Origin: Thermotogaceae bacterium
Lineage (GTDB): Bacteria > Thermotogota > Thermotogae > B21-G9 > HyVt-16
Direction of reading: 5' to 3'
Length of the DNA: 64,000 bases
Assembly (NCBI GenBank): GCA_029981435.1
Contig: JARRBB010000001.1
Span: forward strand, 1,691 to 65,690
The position numbers and the translations under genes were made by a program. Positions 20,765 to 29,407 of this stretch are shown here, in pieces. The notes beneath the pieces were generated by a model. It saw nothing but the letters and a program-made list of their open reading frames with translations. It made no database searches and was not told where the DNA came from. The first letter of the stretch is position 1. The number at the start of each line of letters is the position of its first letter.

Positions 20765-21408
20765 AGTTCATCACCTGCAAATATAGGGCCATCGGTGCAG
20801 ACATGTTTTATACCATGTTTTGTTTCAATTGCACAGCTTTTGCATGCACCGATACCGCACCCCATATATTCTTCAAGAGAAAAGAAAAGTTTCTTTCCTT
20901 TAAAGATATCATATACAGTTTTTTGCATGTTTTTTGAACCATAAACAAGATACCAGTCATATCCCATCGAATTTTTCAGCGAATTCATAAAATCTTCATT
21001 ACCTATAGCAGTCTTGTAAGGAATATCAATGATCAGCGGAGTTCGACTGCCTATCAACACATCTGTCTCAAAAATTTCTTTGATAACATTTGCCAGCGTC
21101 AAACATGTTGGAGAAGCTATGAGTAACCCTTTACCAGCTTGTTTTGTAAAAGGTTTCCCAAGTGGTCCATGTGCTTTGAGAAAATTGGATTCTTCTACGA
21201 TCCATTTTGTTCCTTCTCCTTTAACTTGAACAGAAATAGAAGACTTGTCACTCCATCTTCCAAGTACGAACGGTTTTCTGACGAGCTTAGGAGTTTCGAC
21301 CATGATGAACTGTCCGGGTTCAAAGTTAAAGTCTTCATCAAAGATGATAAGCCAAGTATCTTTATTGACCTGTACTTTTTCCTGAACTTTAAGATATAAT
21401 TTCTCCAT
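20755..21408 (-). CDS. pyrK: Dihydroorotate dehydrogenase electron-transfer subunit
   Basis: C-terminal 2Fe-2S cluster motif GCGIGACKSCAIE...C. Sits directly upstream of pyrD. Confidence 0.75.
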   Translation of the reverse strand: MEKLYLKVQEKVQVNKDTWLIIFDEDFNFEPGQFIMVETPKLVRKPFVLGRWSDKSSISVQVKGEGTKWIVEESNFLKAHGPLGKPFTKQAGKGLLIASPTCLTLANVIKEIFETDVLIGSRTPLIIDIPYKTAIGNEDFMNSLKNSMGYDWYLVYGSKNMQKTVYDIFKGKKLFFSLEEYMGCGIGACKSCAIETKHGIKHVCTDGPIFAGDELCW

Positions 21409-22525
21409 CCCACATCACCGTTTTTCCATTTATTTTTAAACCAACAACTTTTCCTTTTAGTTTCATCCCATCAAACGCACAGTTTTTGCCTTTACTCTTA
21501 AATTTTTTACTGTCAACTTCAAAGGATGCGTTTGGATCTAAAAACACCAGATTATCTTTTGAAAACCTATGGGTTAGTCCTAATATTTTCAGAGGCCTTG
21601 AAGTCATTTTTGTGATTACAAGTTCAAGATTTTCAAGAGCCGTGAAATATGCTGAAAATGCTACTTCTATATTTGAAGTACCAAACGGAGCAGAAATGAA
21701 GTCTTCAGGTTTTGGAAAATGGGGGGCGTGATCACTTGCCAATATATCAATCAAATCAGCTTTGACCATCTTTACAAGTTCTTTACGTTCTCTTTCTTGA
21801 ACTAACGGCGGATTTATCTTGAAATTGCTGTTTGATATATTTTCTGAATTTAGCAAAAGATGGTGTGGCGTAACTTCACAACTGACATCAGCGTAGTTTC
21901 TCAGCCAGGAAATAGTCTCTACAGAAAAAGGATTTGAAACGTGCTGTATATGAAATTTCCTGAAACCGTATTCGAGACCTGTAAGCACAGTCCTTACGAT
22001 TGCTATAGGTTCATTTGATAGAGGCCTTTTTGGTAGCTCAATATCGGCACCTTCGTAAAAAATTCCATCTACTTCATACATCTGACTATGGTCTATCCAG
22101 AGAGATTTTCTTTTTTTTCCACGAAATGTTTCAACAAGTTTTTGATAATCGTATTCAATTCCATCAGTGGAATAAGCCATTATTTTTTTATCGAATGGTT
22201 CTAGATCCTTAAAAGGAGAGATAGTAAGCAAGAACTTTACTTCTCTGTCTTTTATTAAAGTCAAATGTCTAAAAACAATTTCTTGGCTTTCAATTGGTGG
22301 TTTGGTATTGGGTTGAATCAGCAAAGTGTGAAATCCACCGACTTTGGCTGCTCTTTCAAGAGAATCGTAATCTTCACCACCATTAAGTCTCACATGCACG
22401 TGTAAATCAACAAATGGATGAGTTGCTACTAATCCTTTGAGATTAAAATCATCGGGTATTTCAACATACTCCTGACTCCATTTTCCATTGAAGGGATTAA
22501 AAATTTTTACCAGCTCTAATTTCAT
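21389..22525 (-). CDS. pyrC: Dihydroorotase
   Basis: Metal ligands DLHVHVR and ASDHAPH. First gene of the operon, with RBS AGGUGAG before the ATG. Confidence 0.8.
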   Translation of the reverse strand: MKLELVKIFNPFNGKWSQEYVEIPDDFNLKGLVATHPFVDLHVHVRLNGGEDYDSLERAAKVGGFHTLLIQPNTKPPIESQEIVFRHLTLIKDREVKFLLTISPFKDLEPFDKKIMAYSTDGIEYDYQKLVETFRGKKRKSLWIDHSQMYEVDGIFYEGADIELPKRPLSNEPIAIVRTVLTGLEYGFRKFHIQHVSNPFSVETISWLRNYADVSCEVTPHHLLLNSENISNSNFKINPPLVQERERKELVKMVKADLIDILASDHAPHFPKPEDFISAPFGTSNIEVAFSAYFTALENLELVITKMTSRPLKILGLTHRFSKDNLVFLDPNASFEVDSKKFKSKGKNCAFDGMKLKGKVVGLKINGKTVMWDGEIIS

Positions 22526-22535
22526 TTTTTCTCAC

Positions 22536-22572
22536 CTACAAAAATAAATGGGGCTCACAATGAGCCCCATTT
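22536..22572 (-). terminator. Intrinsic-terminator-like hairpin in the pyr operon 5' leader (candidate attenuator); it could also terminate tRNA-Gln read-through
   Basis: Perfect 12-bp stem AAAUGGGGCUCA / UGAGCCCCAUUU with a 3-nt loop (22546..22572). On the minus strand it is followed by AUUUUUGU, then RBS AGGUGAG and the pyrC ATG. Confidence 0.6.
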
Positions 22573-22688
22573 ATCGTATTTTGAAAACAAATCAATTCCT
22601 TTAGAAGAAACAAATGTATATAAAATTTTTGATTGTAAGAACGGTCTTGTCAATGCTATCTCCACCTGTTTTTGAAGATTTCCAGAGT

Positions 22689-22718
22689 ATTTTACTACTT
22701 AAAGAAAAGTAATGTCAA
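22689..22718 (-). promoter_or_regulatory. Sigma-70-type promoter of the pyr operon
   Basis: Minus strand reads TTGACA (22718..22713), an 18-nt spacer, then TAAAAT (22694..22689). This is about 155 nt upstream of the pyrC ATG. Confidence 0.6.
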
Positions 22719-22777
22719 GAGAAGAATTCTTTTTTAACAAAAGTGTTCCAAACATATGAGAAGTGGGAAATAAAAAA

Positions 22778-22851
22778 TGGCTGGGAGAGGAGGACTCGAA
22801 CCTCCACTAGCAGATCCAGAGTCTGCCGTCCTACCATTAGACGATCTCCCA
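22778..22851 (-). tRNA. tRNA-Gln (anticodon CUG), CCA encoded
   Basis: Manual fold into a cloverleaf with acceptor UGGGAGA/UCUCCCA, D-arm GUCU...GGAC, anticodon stem GCAGA/UCUGC with loop CUCUGGA, and T-arm GGAGG-UUCGAGU-CCUCC. U1-A72 and G73 fit bacterial tRNA-Gln identity. Confidence 0.85.
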
Positions 22852-22864
22852 GCATCAATTACTA

Positions 22865-22893
22865 ATTATACATTTTCAATCGCCACGTGTCAA
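22865..22893 (-). promoter_or_regulatory. Consensus sigma-70 promoter for tRNA-Gln
   Basis: Minus strand reads TTGACA, a 17-nt spacer, then TATAAT. It ends 13 nt before the tRNA 5' end. Confidence 0.65.
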
Positions 22894-22894
22894 C

Positions 22895-23659
22895 TCAGAA
22901 ACTTGCTATCAGACTTGAAATTAGCATATCCCAGCCGTTAACAAGAACAAAAACCAGAACTTTGAAAGGTAAAGAGATTAAGACTGGTGGTATCATTATC
23001 ATTCCAAGTGCAAGTAAAACACTTGCAGTGACCATGTCTATTATTATAAAAGGTATGTAAAGGAGAATTCCCATTTTAAAAGCTATTTCGAGTTCACTTA
23101 TCACAAAAGCAGGTATCAACACCGACGTTGGAGTTTTTTCTAAATTTTCAGGCTTTTCACGTTTTAGAGAGCTTAAAAGCATATCGATGTTATCTTCGTT
23201 GTGGTGAATCTTTATCTCATTTAACATAAAAGTTCTTATTGGTTGAATGGATTTTTGATAAAGTTCCTGATAGGTGATTTGCCCTTCCATATATGGAACG
23301 AGTGCATCGTTATATATTTGTATAAAGACTGGCTGCATTATGAAAAAAGTCAAAAACAGTGCCAGCCCTATGAGAACTTGATTTGGTGGAATCTGTCGAG
23401 TCCCAAGGGAATTCCTTAAAAAGGAAAAAACGATTACTATCCTTGTGAAGGAAGTCATTAAAATTAGAATAGATGGTGCAAGCGTAAGAATAGTTAAAAT
23501 TAAAATTATTTCAAGAGTTACAACCAGATCTCTTGGTTGTTCCACTTGACCGATTCCAATTTCTATCCTTGGTAAAGGGGGCAAAGCTTCCTCTTGCGAA
23601 AAAAGACCAACACCCAGCAGAATCAACAGAAGGAACACAAAAAGAGTTTTCTTCATCAC
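22895..23659 (-). CDS. fliP: Flagellar type III export apparatus protein FliP
   Basis: 254 aa with a signal peptide and conserved FliP core (FTRIVIVFSFLRNSLGTRQIPPNQVLIGLALFLTFFIMQPV). Confidence 0.9.
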   Translation of the reverse strand: MMKKTLFVFLLLILLGVGLFSQEEALPPLPRIEIGIGQVEQPRDLVVTLEIILILTILTLAPSILILMTSFTRIVIVFSFLRNSLGTRQIPPNQVLIGLALFLTFFIMQPVFIQIYNDALVPYMEGQITYQELYQKSIQPIRTFMLNEIKIHHNEDNIDMLLSSLKREKPENLEKTPTSVLIPAFVISELEIAFKMGILLYIPFIIIDMVTASVLLALGMIMIPPVLISLPFKVLVFVLVNGWDMLISSLIASF

Positions 23660-24054
23660 TTCAGTTTCTCCAGCTTTTTAATTTCATTTTCGAGTGAGTA
23701 TTTTCCGAGCCTTTTATAAAAAATACTGCTGAACTTCTCTCCTTTTCGCGGTAACTTATCTATTATTTCAGATTCGTCTACCTCTCTCAGTATTGTCACT
23801 CCACCAGAGGTGCTTGCGATATACATATACTTTTCGGATAATTTCACAAGATATATTACTGTATTTCTGTCAAGAACAGCCCTCTCAATAAGAACTATAA
23901 GGTCGTTTTGACGAACTTTGAGAACGTATTTTTTTAACAAAAAATAGACCACCAAAAGTACTGATACTATCAAAACAAGTGATAATAAAAACGATAAATA
24001 CGTTCCCATCGCTCCGCTATAAGTAGGAGTTGAATTCAAATTTGAATACCTCAC
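23656..24054 (-). CDS. fliO: Flagellar biosynthesis protein FliO/FliZ
   Basis: Small single-transmembrane protein between cheY and fliP. The start could be GTG at 24054 (overlapping the cheY stop) or ATG at 24009. Confidence 0.55.
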   Translation of the reverse strand: MRYSNLNSTPTYSGAMGTYLSFLLSLVLIVSVLLVVYFLLKKYVLKVRQNDLIVLIERAVLDRNTVIYLVKLSEKYMYIASTSGGVTILREVDESEIIDKLPRKGEKFSSIFYKRLGKYSLENEIKKLEKLK

Positions 24055-24413
24055 TTAGAGAGTTTATTCAACGCTTCTACAACCCTTGGAGGTTGGAATG
24101 GCTTTACAATGAAATCTTTTGCACCAGCTTGAATTGCTTCAACAACCATGGCTTGTTGTCCCATAGCACTACAGACAACGATTTTGGCATCGGGATCTAT
24201 TTCCTTTATTTTTTTTATAGCGGTTATTCCATCCATTTCTGGCATCGTTATATCCATAGTCACGATGTCCGGTTGCAATTCTTTATACTTTTCGACTGCC
24301 TCAGCACCGTTTGCGGCTTCACCAACCACCTCATATCCTGCTTTTGTGACTATATCTTTTAACAACATTCTCATAAATGCCGCATCGTCGACTATAAGAA
24401 CCTTCTTGCCCAT
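24051..24413 (-). CDS. cheY: Chemotaxis response regulator CheY
   Basis: 120-aa receiver domain with LIVDD, DITMPEMDG, and K at the expected position. Confidence 0.9.
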   Translation of the reverse strand: MGKKVLIVDDAAFMRMLLKDIVTKAGYEVVGEAANGAEAVEKYKELQPDIVTMDITMPEMDGITAIKKIKEIDPDAKIVVCSAMGQQAMVVEAIQAGAKDFIVKPFQPPRVVEALNKLSK

Positions 24414-24433
24414 TTTTTGAACCTCCTCTGTTT

Positions 24434-24871
24434 TTAGATTTCTATGATTTTTTCAGCATCGAGATATAATATCAATCTGTTTTTATATTTTATTATCCCC
24501 TTGGTTTTTTTATTCACATCCTCTGAATTAAGAGGTTTGTCTATAGATTCTTTTGTTATCCTTATAACTTCTTTTACGTTATTAACCAAAAAACCAACTT
24601 CTATATCCTTTACTTTTAAAACCAGTATCTTGCTCTGATCGCTGTTGTTCTCTATATCCAAAAGTGCAGAAAGATCGATAACCGTTACGATCCTTCCCCT
24701 TAAATTCATAACCCCTTTTACAAAGTACGGTGCTTTCGGGACATAAGTTATATCAGGACGTTCTATAACCATTTCGACAAAATCAACATCAATGGCGAAA
24801 TCTCTGTTTGAAAGTTCAAAATCCAGAACTTCGAGTATATCTTCAAGCACTATATTTTCTTCATCTGGCAT
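24434..24871 (-). CDS. cheW: Chemotaxis coupling protein CheW
   Basis: 145 aa with CheW-like motif VMNLRGRIVTVIDL. Confidence 0.85.
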   Translation of the reverse strand: MPDEENIVLEDILEVLDFELSNRDFAIDVDFVEMVIERPDITYVPKAPYFVKGVMNLRGRIVTVIDLSALLDIENNSDQSKILVLKVKDIEVGFLVNNVKEVIRITKESIDKPLNSEDVNKKTKGIIKYKNRLILYLDAEKIIEI

Positions 24872-24883
24872 TTTTTACACCTC

Positions 24884-26950
24884 CTACAGACTGGCGACTA
24901 TATTCGGAACATCGAGAATCAACGCTATACTTCCATCACCGAGTATAGCTCCACCACTGAATTCCTTTATATTTTTCAACATCTTTCCAAGGGATTTTAT
25001 AACTATATCGTCCTGCCCAAGTAATCCATCAACCATCAGGCCATATTTCCTTGAACCACTCTGAACGATTACAACATTCAACACATTTTTATCGGATTTC
25101 TGAACCGGTAATCCAAAAAGTTCTTTCAGATTTATCAGAGGTATTATTTCTCCTCTTATGTATATAACAGGCTTCTTTTCGACTATCTTCACTTCATCAT
25201 CTTTGATACTCAAAGTTTCTTCGACATTCACCAGAGGAATTGCGTAGACGAAATCTTCTACTGTAACGAGTAAAGCCTGAATTATGGCAAGTGTTAAGGG
25301 GAATTTTATGGTTACTTTTGTACCTTGATCTTTAATGCTTTCGATCTGCACTGAACCATTCAAAGTTTCAATAGTCGATTTTACAACATCCATTCCGACA
25401 CCCCGACCTGAAACATCAGATACATTTTCAGCGGTTGAAAAACCCGGTTCAAAAATCAAAGAAAATACCTTTTCATCAGTCATAGAAGAAGCGCTTACTT
25501 CATCGATCAGACCTCTTTCAACAGCTTTTTTTAGAATTTTGTCTCTATCGAGCCCTCTACCGTCATCAGAAACTTCTATCACAACGTTGTTGCCTTCATG
25601 ATGAGCATCCAGACGCACCGTACCAATTGGTGGCTTGCCTTTTGCCAATCTTTCATCTTTGCTCTCGATGCCATGATCTATGGCGTTTCGTAAGAGATGT
25701 AACAATGGATCACCGATTTCATCAACCACAGTTCTGTCCAATTCTGTTTCCTGACCGGTTATAACCAGATTTATTTCCTTGTTCAACTTTTTGGAAAGAT
25801 CTCTGACCATTCTTGGAAATCTGTTAAACACAAAGGCTATTGGAACCATTCTGATCTTCATAACAATGTTCTGAAGATCCAGAGTTATTCTACTGAGATG
25901 CGCAAGACTTTCATCTATCTCCTTTATTTGATACTTCTTCAGGGTTTCCATTATTCTGCTTCTTGAAATAACAAGCTCTCCCATGAGGTTCATTAAGGTA
26001 TCCAGTTTATCTATATCCACTCTTATCGTTTGGGTTATCTTTGTTCCAAAAGATGCGGGCTGCGAACTTTCTTTACTTTTTGAAACAGGAGTTTTCTGTG
26101 AAGAAGTTTTCTTTACCTCAGATTCTGGTTCAATCTCTTCGGAAGGTGAAATATCGATTTTTAAATTCTGAGGATTTATTTCTATAACATTCACTTCAGC
26201 AATTTCTGATATATCTTTTATAATTTCCGCAAGTTTTTCTTTTGATATCTTACATACGACTACCAGTTCAACTGTTCTATCAAATTTTTCATTTTCTATA
26301 TCTTCAACTGACGGAATACTCTTGAGAACTTCTCCACCTAATTCTTCTATTTTATGAAAAACCACGTACATCCTCGCAGATTTTAACATTGTTCCTTCTT
26401 GCAACTTTATTTTCAAATAGAATGCATTGAAATCTTTTTCTCTGGCCTCTTTAAGAACGTTGACAACAGATTCTTCAATTGTGATAGGAATTGATAGAAC
26501 CTCTTCAGATATTTTCTCGGCACTTGTTTTTTCTTCTTTCACATGTTCGCTCTCTTTAGTAGACTCCCCACTTACTTTTGAGTAAAAAGTTTCATAGATC
26601 TCTAAAAGTTCAGACGAATCAATCTCATCGTTGCCTTCATCAAGAATCTTCTGAAGCATTCTTTCAAGCGTGTCTACACCTGCAAACAACGCATCCATTA
26701 TTTCCGAATCGACAGAAGCTCTATGATTTCTGAACAAGTCGAAGATATTTTCCATTTTATGGCTCAACTTTGCCATATTTTCAAAACCCATTGTGGCAGA
26801 CATTCCTTTTAGAGTATGAAGAGCTCTGAATATTTCATTTATTGCTTCAATATCTTCGGGATTATTTTCAAGTGCCAGCATTTTTTCATTCAATTGTTGA
26901 AGATATTCTCTGGTTTCTTCAACAAAGACGCTGAGATACTGCTCGTTCAT
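24884..26950 (-). CDS. cheA: Chemotaxis histidine kinase CheA
   Basis: 688 aa with Hpt ([12 protein letters not shown]), dimerisation domain, HATPase ([25 protein letters not shown]) and a C-terminal CheW-like domain. Confidence 0.95.
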   Translation of the reverse strand: MNEQYLSVFVEETREYLQQLNEKMLALENNPEDIEAINEIFRALHTLKGMSATMGFENMAKLSHKMENIFDLFRNHRASVDSEIMDALFAGVDTLERMLQKILDEGNDEIDSSELLEIYETFYSKVSGESTKESEHVKEEKTSAEKISEEVLSIPITIEESVVNVLKEAREKDFNAFYLKIKLQEGTMLKSARMYVVFHKIEELGGEVLKSIPSVEDIENEKFDRTVELVVVCKISKEKLAEIIKDISEIAEVNVIEINPQNLKIDISPSEEIEPESEVKKTSSQKTPVSKSKESSQPASFGTKITQTIRVDIDKLDTLMNLMGELVISRSRIMETLKKYQIKEIDESLAHLSRITLDLQNIVMKIRMVPIAFVFNRFPRMVRDLSKKLNKEINLVITGQETELDRTVVDEIGDPLLHLLRNAIDHGIESKDERLAKGKPPIGTVRLDAHHEGNNVVIEVSDDGRGLDRDKILKKAVERGLIDEVSASSMTDEKVFSLIFEPGFSTAENVSDVSGRGVGMDVVKSTIETLNGSVQIESIKDQGTKVTIKFPLTLAIIQALLVTVEDFVYAIPLVNVEETLSIKDDEVKIVEKKPVIYIRGEIIPLINLKELFGLPVQKSDKNVLNVVIVQSGSRKYGLMVDGLLGQDDIVIKSLGKMLKNIKEFSGGAILGDGSIALILDVPNIVASL

Positions 26951-26992
26951 TTTATCACCTCTTTTTAAAGCAATTACTTTTATTATATCAAA

Positions 26993-28066
26993 TTATTTAT
27001 CATCCTGCGATGTTCTTCGCTTTATTTTTCCTATTCCATCTATTATTGCAAGGGCTCTTTTTTCACCTATTCCCTCAACATTTTTGAGATCGTCAAGTTT
27101 TGCATGACTTATTCCTTGAAGGCTTTTGAAAGTTTTTACAACGTTCATGACTATACTTGACGGTATTCTTGGAATTCTGTTTAGAACGCGGAAGCCCTTT
27201 GGATGAACAACAATATCGGAGATAGTGCTTGGAGAAACATCGTATCCAAGAACTTTAGCGATTTGAGAGTAGTTCATAAGGTCTTTGTCATCCATGTTGA
27301 ACATTTTCGCTTCTATTTCTTTCGCATCGTCTATATCCAAATCTTCAGAAAGGTAATCAAGTATCAAAAAGTGTATAAGATCTTCCAGTTCAGAGGTCAT
27401 CTCTTCAAGCTGTATTTTTGCCAGTCTTCCTTCCACACCAAGTTCAGTTATAAACCATTCAAGCTCTGTTTTAATCTGGTATTCTTTCAAAGCTTTTTCA
27501 AATATTCTGCATATATCATACAGGGTAACCTTATCTTCGAGTTCCAAAACATCCAGTTCAAATAACAATTTATCCAAGGCTTCTTTATATTTCTCTAAAG
27601 CTCTCAATCCTTGATTAACCTTGGTTATTACGAAGTTGACATCGTTGATCATATACCTCATATTTTTGTAATAAAGTGTTATAACCTTTCGGCGTCTTGA
27701 AATGGCTATAGCTGTACCATTGGTCTGTTGAGCGAATCTTTCAGCTGTACGGTGTCTTGTACCGGTTTCCTGTGTTGGAATGGATGGGTCTGTTATTATA
27801 TGTGCGTTTGCCTTTAGAATCCTCGAGACATCGTTTTTCAAAACTATTGCACCGTCCATTTTGGCTAATTCATAAAGTTTTTCGGGAGTAAAAACAGTAT
27901 CTATATCGAATCCACCTTGTATCATATTTTCAAAGTTTTGAAGCTCATCGACAAACACGATCAGAGCACCATTGTTGGCCATCAATATATCGTCGATACC
28001 TTTTCTCAAAAGCGTTCCAGGAGAAACCATTTGAAGTTTTTCAAGAAGTTCTTTGTTTATTTTCAT
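26993..28066 (-). CDS. disA: DNA integrity scanning protein DisA (diadenylate cyclase)
   Basis: 357 aa with DAC domain (DGAIVL...TGTRHRTAERF) and a C-terminal HhH region. Sits downstream of radA as in Firmicutes. Confidence 0.9.
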   Translation of the reverse strand: MKINKELLEKLQMVSPGTLLRKGIDDILMANNGALIVFVDELQNFENMIQGGFDIDTVFTPEKLYELAKMDGAIVLKNDVSRILKANAHIITDPSIPTQETGTRHRTAERFAQQTNGTAIAISRRRKVITLYYKNMRYMINDVNFVITKVNQGLRALEKYKEALDKLLFELDVLELEDKVTLYDICRIFEKALKEYQIKTELEWFITELGVEGRLAKIQLEEMTSELEDLIHFLILDYLSEDLDIDDAKEIEAKMFNMDDKDLMNYSQIAKVLGYDVSPSTISDIVVHPKGFRVLNRIPRIPSSIVMNVVKTFKSLQGISHAKLDDLKNVEGIGEKRALAIIDGIGKIKRRTSQDDK

Positions 28067-28078
28067 ATTCCCACTCCC

Positions 28079-29407
28079 CTAAGTTAACTCTTTTAAGACA
28101 TCTGAAAGGCTACTGTATTGAATCAATTCAAGATTTTTTATCTTTTTTGCATCTTTATCGTATGGCATTACTACTTTCTTGAATCCCATTTTATGGGCTT
28201 CCATAAGTCTCTTTTCGATATTATTAACCTTCCTGATTCTTCCATCGAGACCTATTTCACCTATATAAATGCAATCGCTGTCAATTTTTATATCGGCAAA
28301 AGCTGAATATACAGCAACAGCAATACCAAGGTCTATAGAAGGATCCTTTACATTGAGACCTCCAACTACATTAACGTATATATCGAAAGATTCTAAAGGT
28401 ATATTCAGTCTTCTACTCAGTACAGCCGAAATGAATACTATTCTTCCTATGTCTATTCCTTTGGATAATCTTCTTGGAGATGGGAAAAAAGTTTTGGATA
28501 CCAAAGATTGTATTTCAAGAAAAATATTTCTCGTTCCTTCCAAAGCTGAAGTTATACAACTTCCTGATGACAAATTATTTCGCTCTATGAAAATTTCAGA
28601 TGGATTTTTTACTTCTTTCAATCCATCATTTCTCATTTCAAAAATGGCAATTTCATTGGATGGTCCAAATCTATTTTTGATACTTCTTAAAATTCGATAT
28701 CCTGTTTGAATCTCACCTTCGAAGTACAGGACAACATCTACTAAGTGTTCCAAAAGCTTCGGACCGGCTATTTGTCCTTCTTTTGTTATATGTCCAACTA
28801 TAAAAATAGGAATCCCTGTACTTTTTGCATACCTCACAAGCGCTTCCGTACAGTCTCTTAACTGGACGACACTTCCGGGAAGTCCCACGTTCGATAATCT
28901 CATAGATTGGATGGAATCTACTATAATTGCTACAGGTTTTTCGGAATTCAGTGCAGCAAGTACCCCTTCTAAATCTGAAGTAGAAGTTACTTTCAAACTA
29001 CTGTTTTTCTTTACACCTATTCTTAAAGCTCTTAAAAGAATTTGTTCTTCTGATTCTTCTCCTGTTATGTAAAAAACCTCTCCGAATCTGGAGAGGTTTT
29101 CTGCTATCTCTAACATCAGAGTACTTTTACCAACTCCTGGATCTCCCCCAATTAATAAGACGCTTCCGGGGACGATTCCACCGCCAACCAGTCTATCGAA
29201 CTCTGATATATTTGTCTTTAACCTTCTAAACTCATCAATTTTTATTTGTTCAACACTTTTGAATGTAACAGAACTACTTTTGAGATTGTTGTAATCACTT
29301 TTTTTTTCAAAAGCCGTATTCCATTCGTTGCAAATTGGGCATTTTCCAAACCATTTTGGAGATTCATAGCCACAATTGCTGCATACATATATCTGTTTTT
29401 CTTTCAA
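28079..29407 (-). CDS. radA: DNA repair protein RadA/Sms
   Basis: N-terminal C4 zinc finger (CSNCGYESPKWFGKCPICNEW), Walker A GDPGVGKST, KNRFG motif, and a Lon-like C-terminal domain. Confidence 0.95.
   Translation of the reverse strand: MKEKQIYVCSNCGYESPKWFGKCPICNEWNTAFEKKSDYNNLKSSSVTFKSVEQIKIDEFRRLKTNISEFDRLVGGGIVPGSVLLIGGDPGVGKSTLMLEIAENLSRFGEVFYITGEESEEQILLRALRIGVKKNSSLKVTSTSDLEGVLAALNSEKPVAIIVDSIQSMRLSNVGLPGSVVQLRDCTEALVRYAKSTGIPIFIVGHITKEGQIAGPKLLEHLVDVVLYFEGEIQTGYRILRSIKNRFGPSNEIAIFEMRNDGLKEVKNPSEIFIERNNLSSGSCITSALEGTRNIFLEIQSLVSKTFFPSPRRLSKGIDIGRIVFISAVLSRRLNIPLESFDIYVNVVGGLNVKDPSIDLGIAVAVYSAFADIKIDSDCIYIGEIGLDGRIRKVNNIEKRLMEAHKMGFKKVVMPYDKDAKKIKNLELIQYSSLSDVLKELT

Noticed and set aside
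22526-22682. PyrR binding-loop motif in the pyr leader
   Set aside because: I looked for the conserved UCCAGAGAGGCU-like loop and found nothing convincing (CAGGUGGAGAUAGC is only a weak resemblance). I therefore do not claim PyrR-type attenuation.
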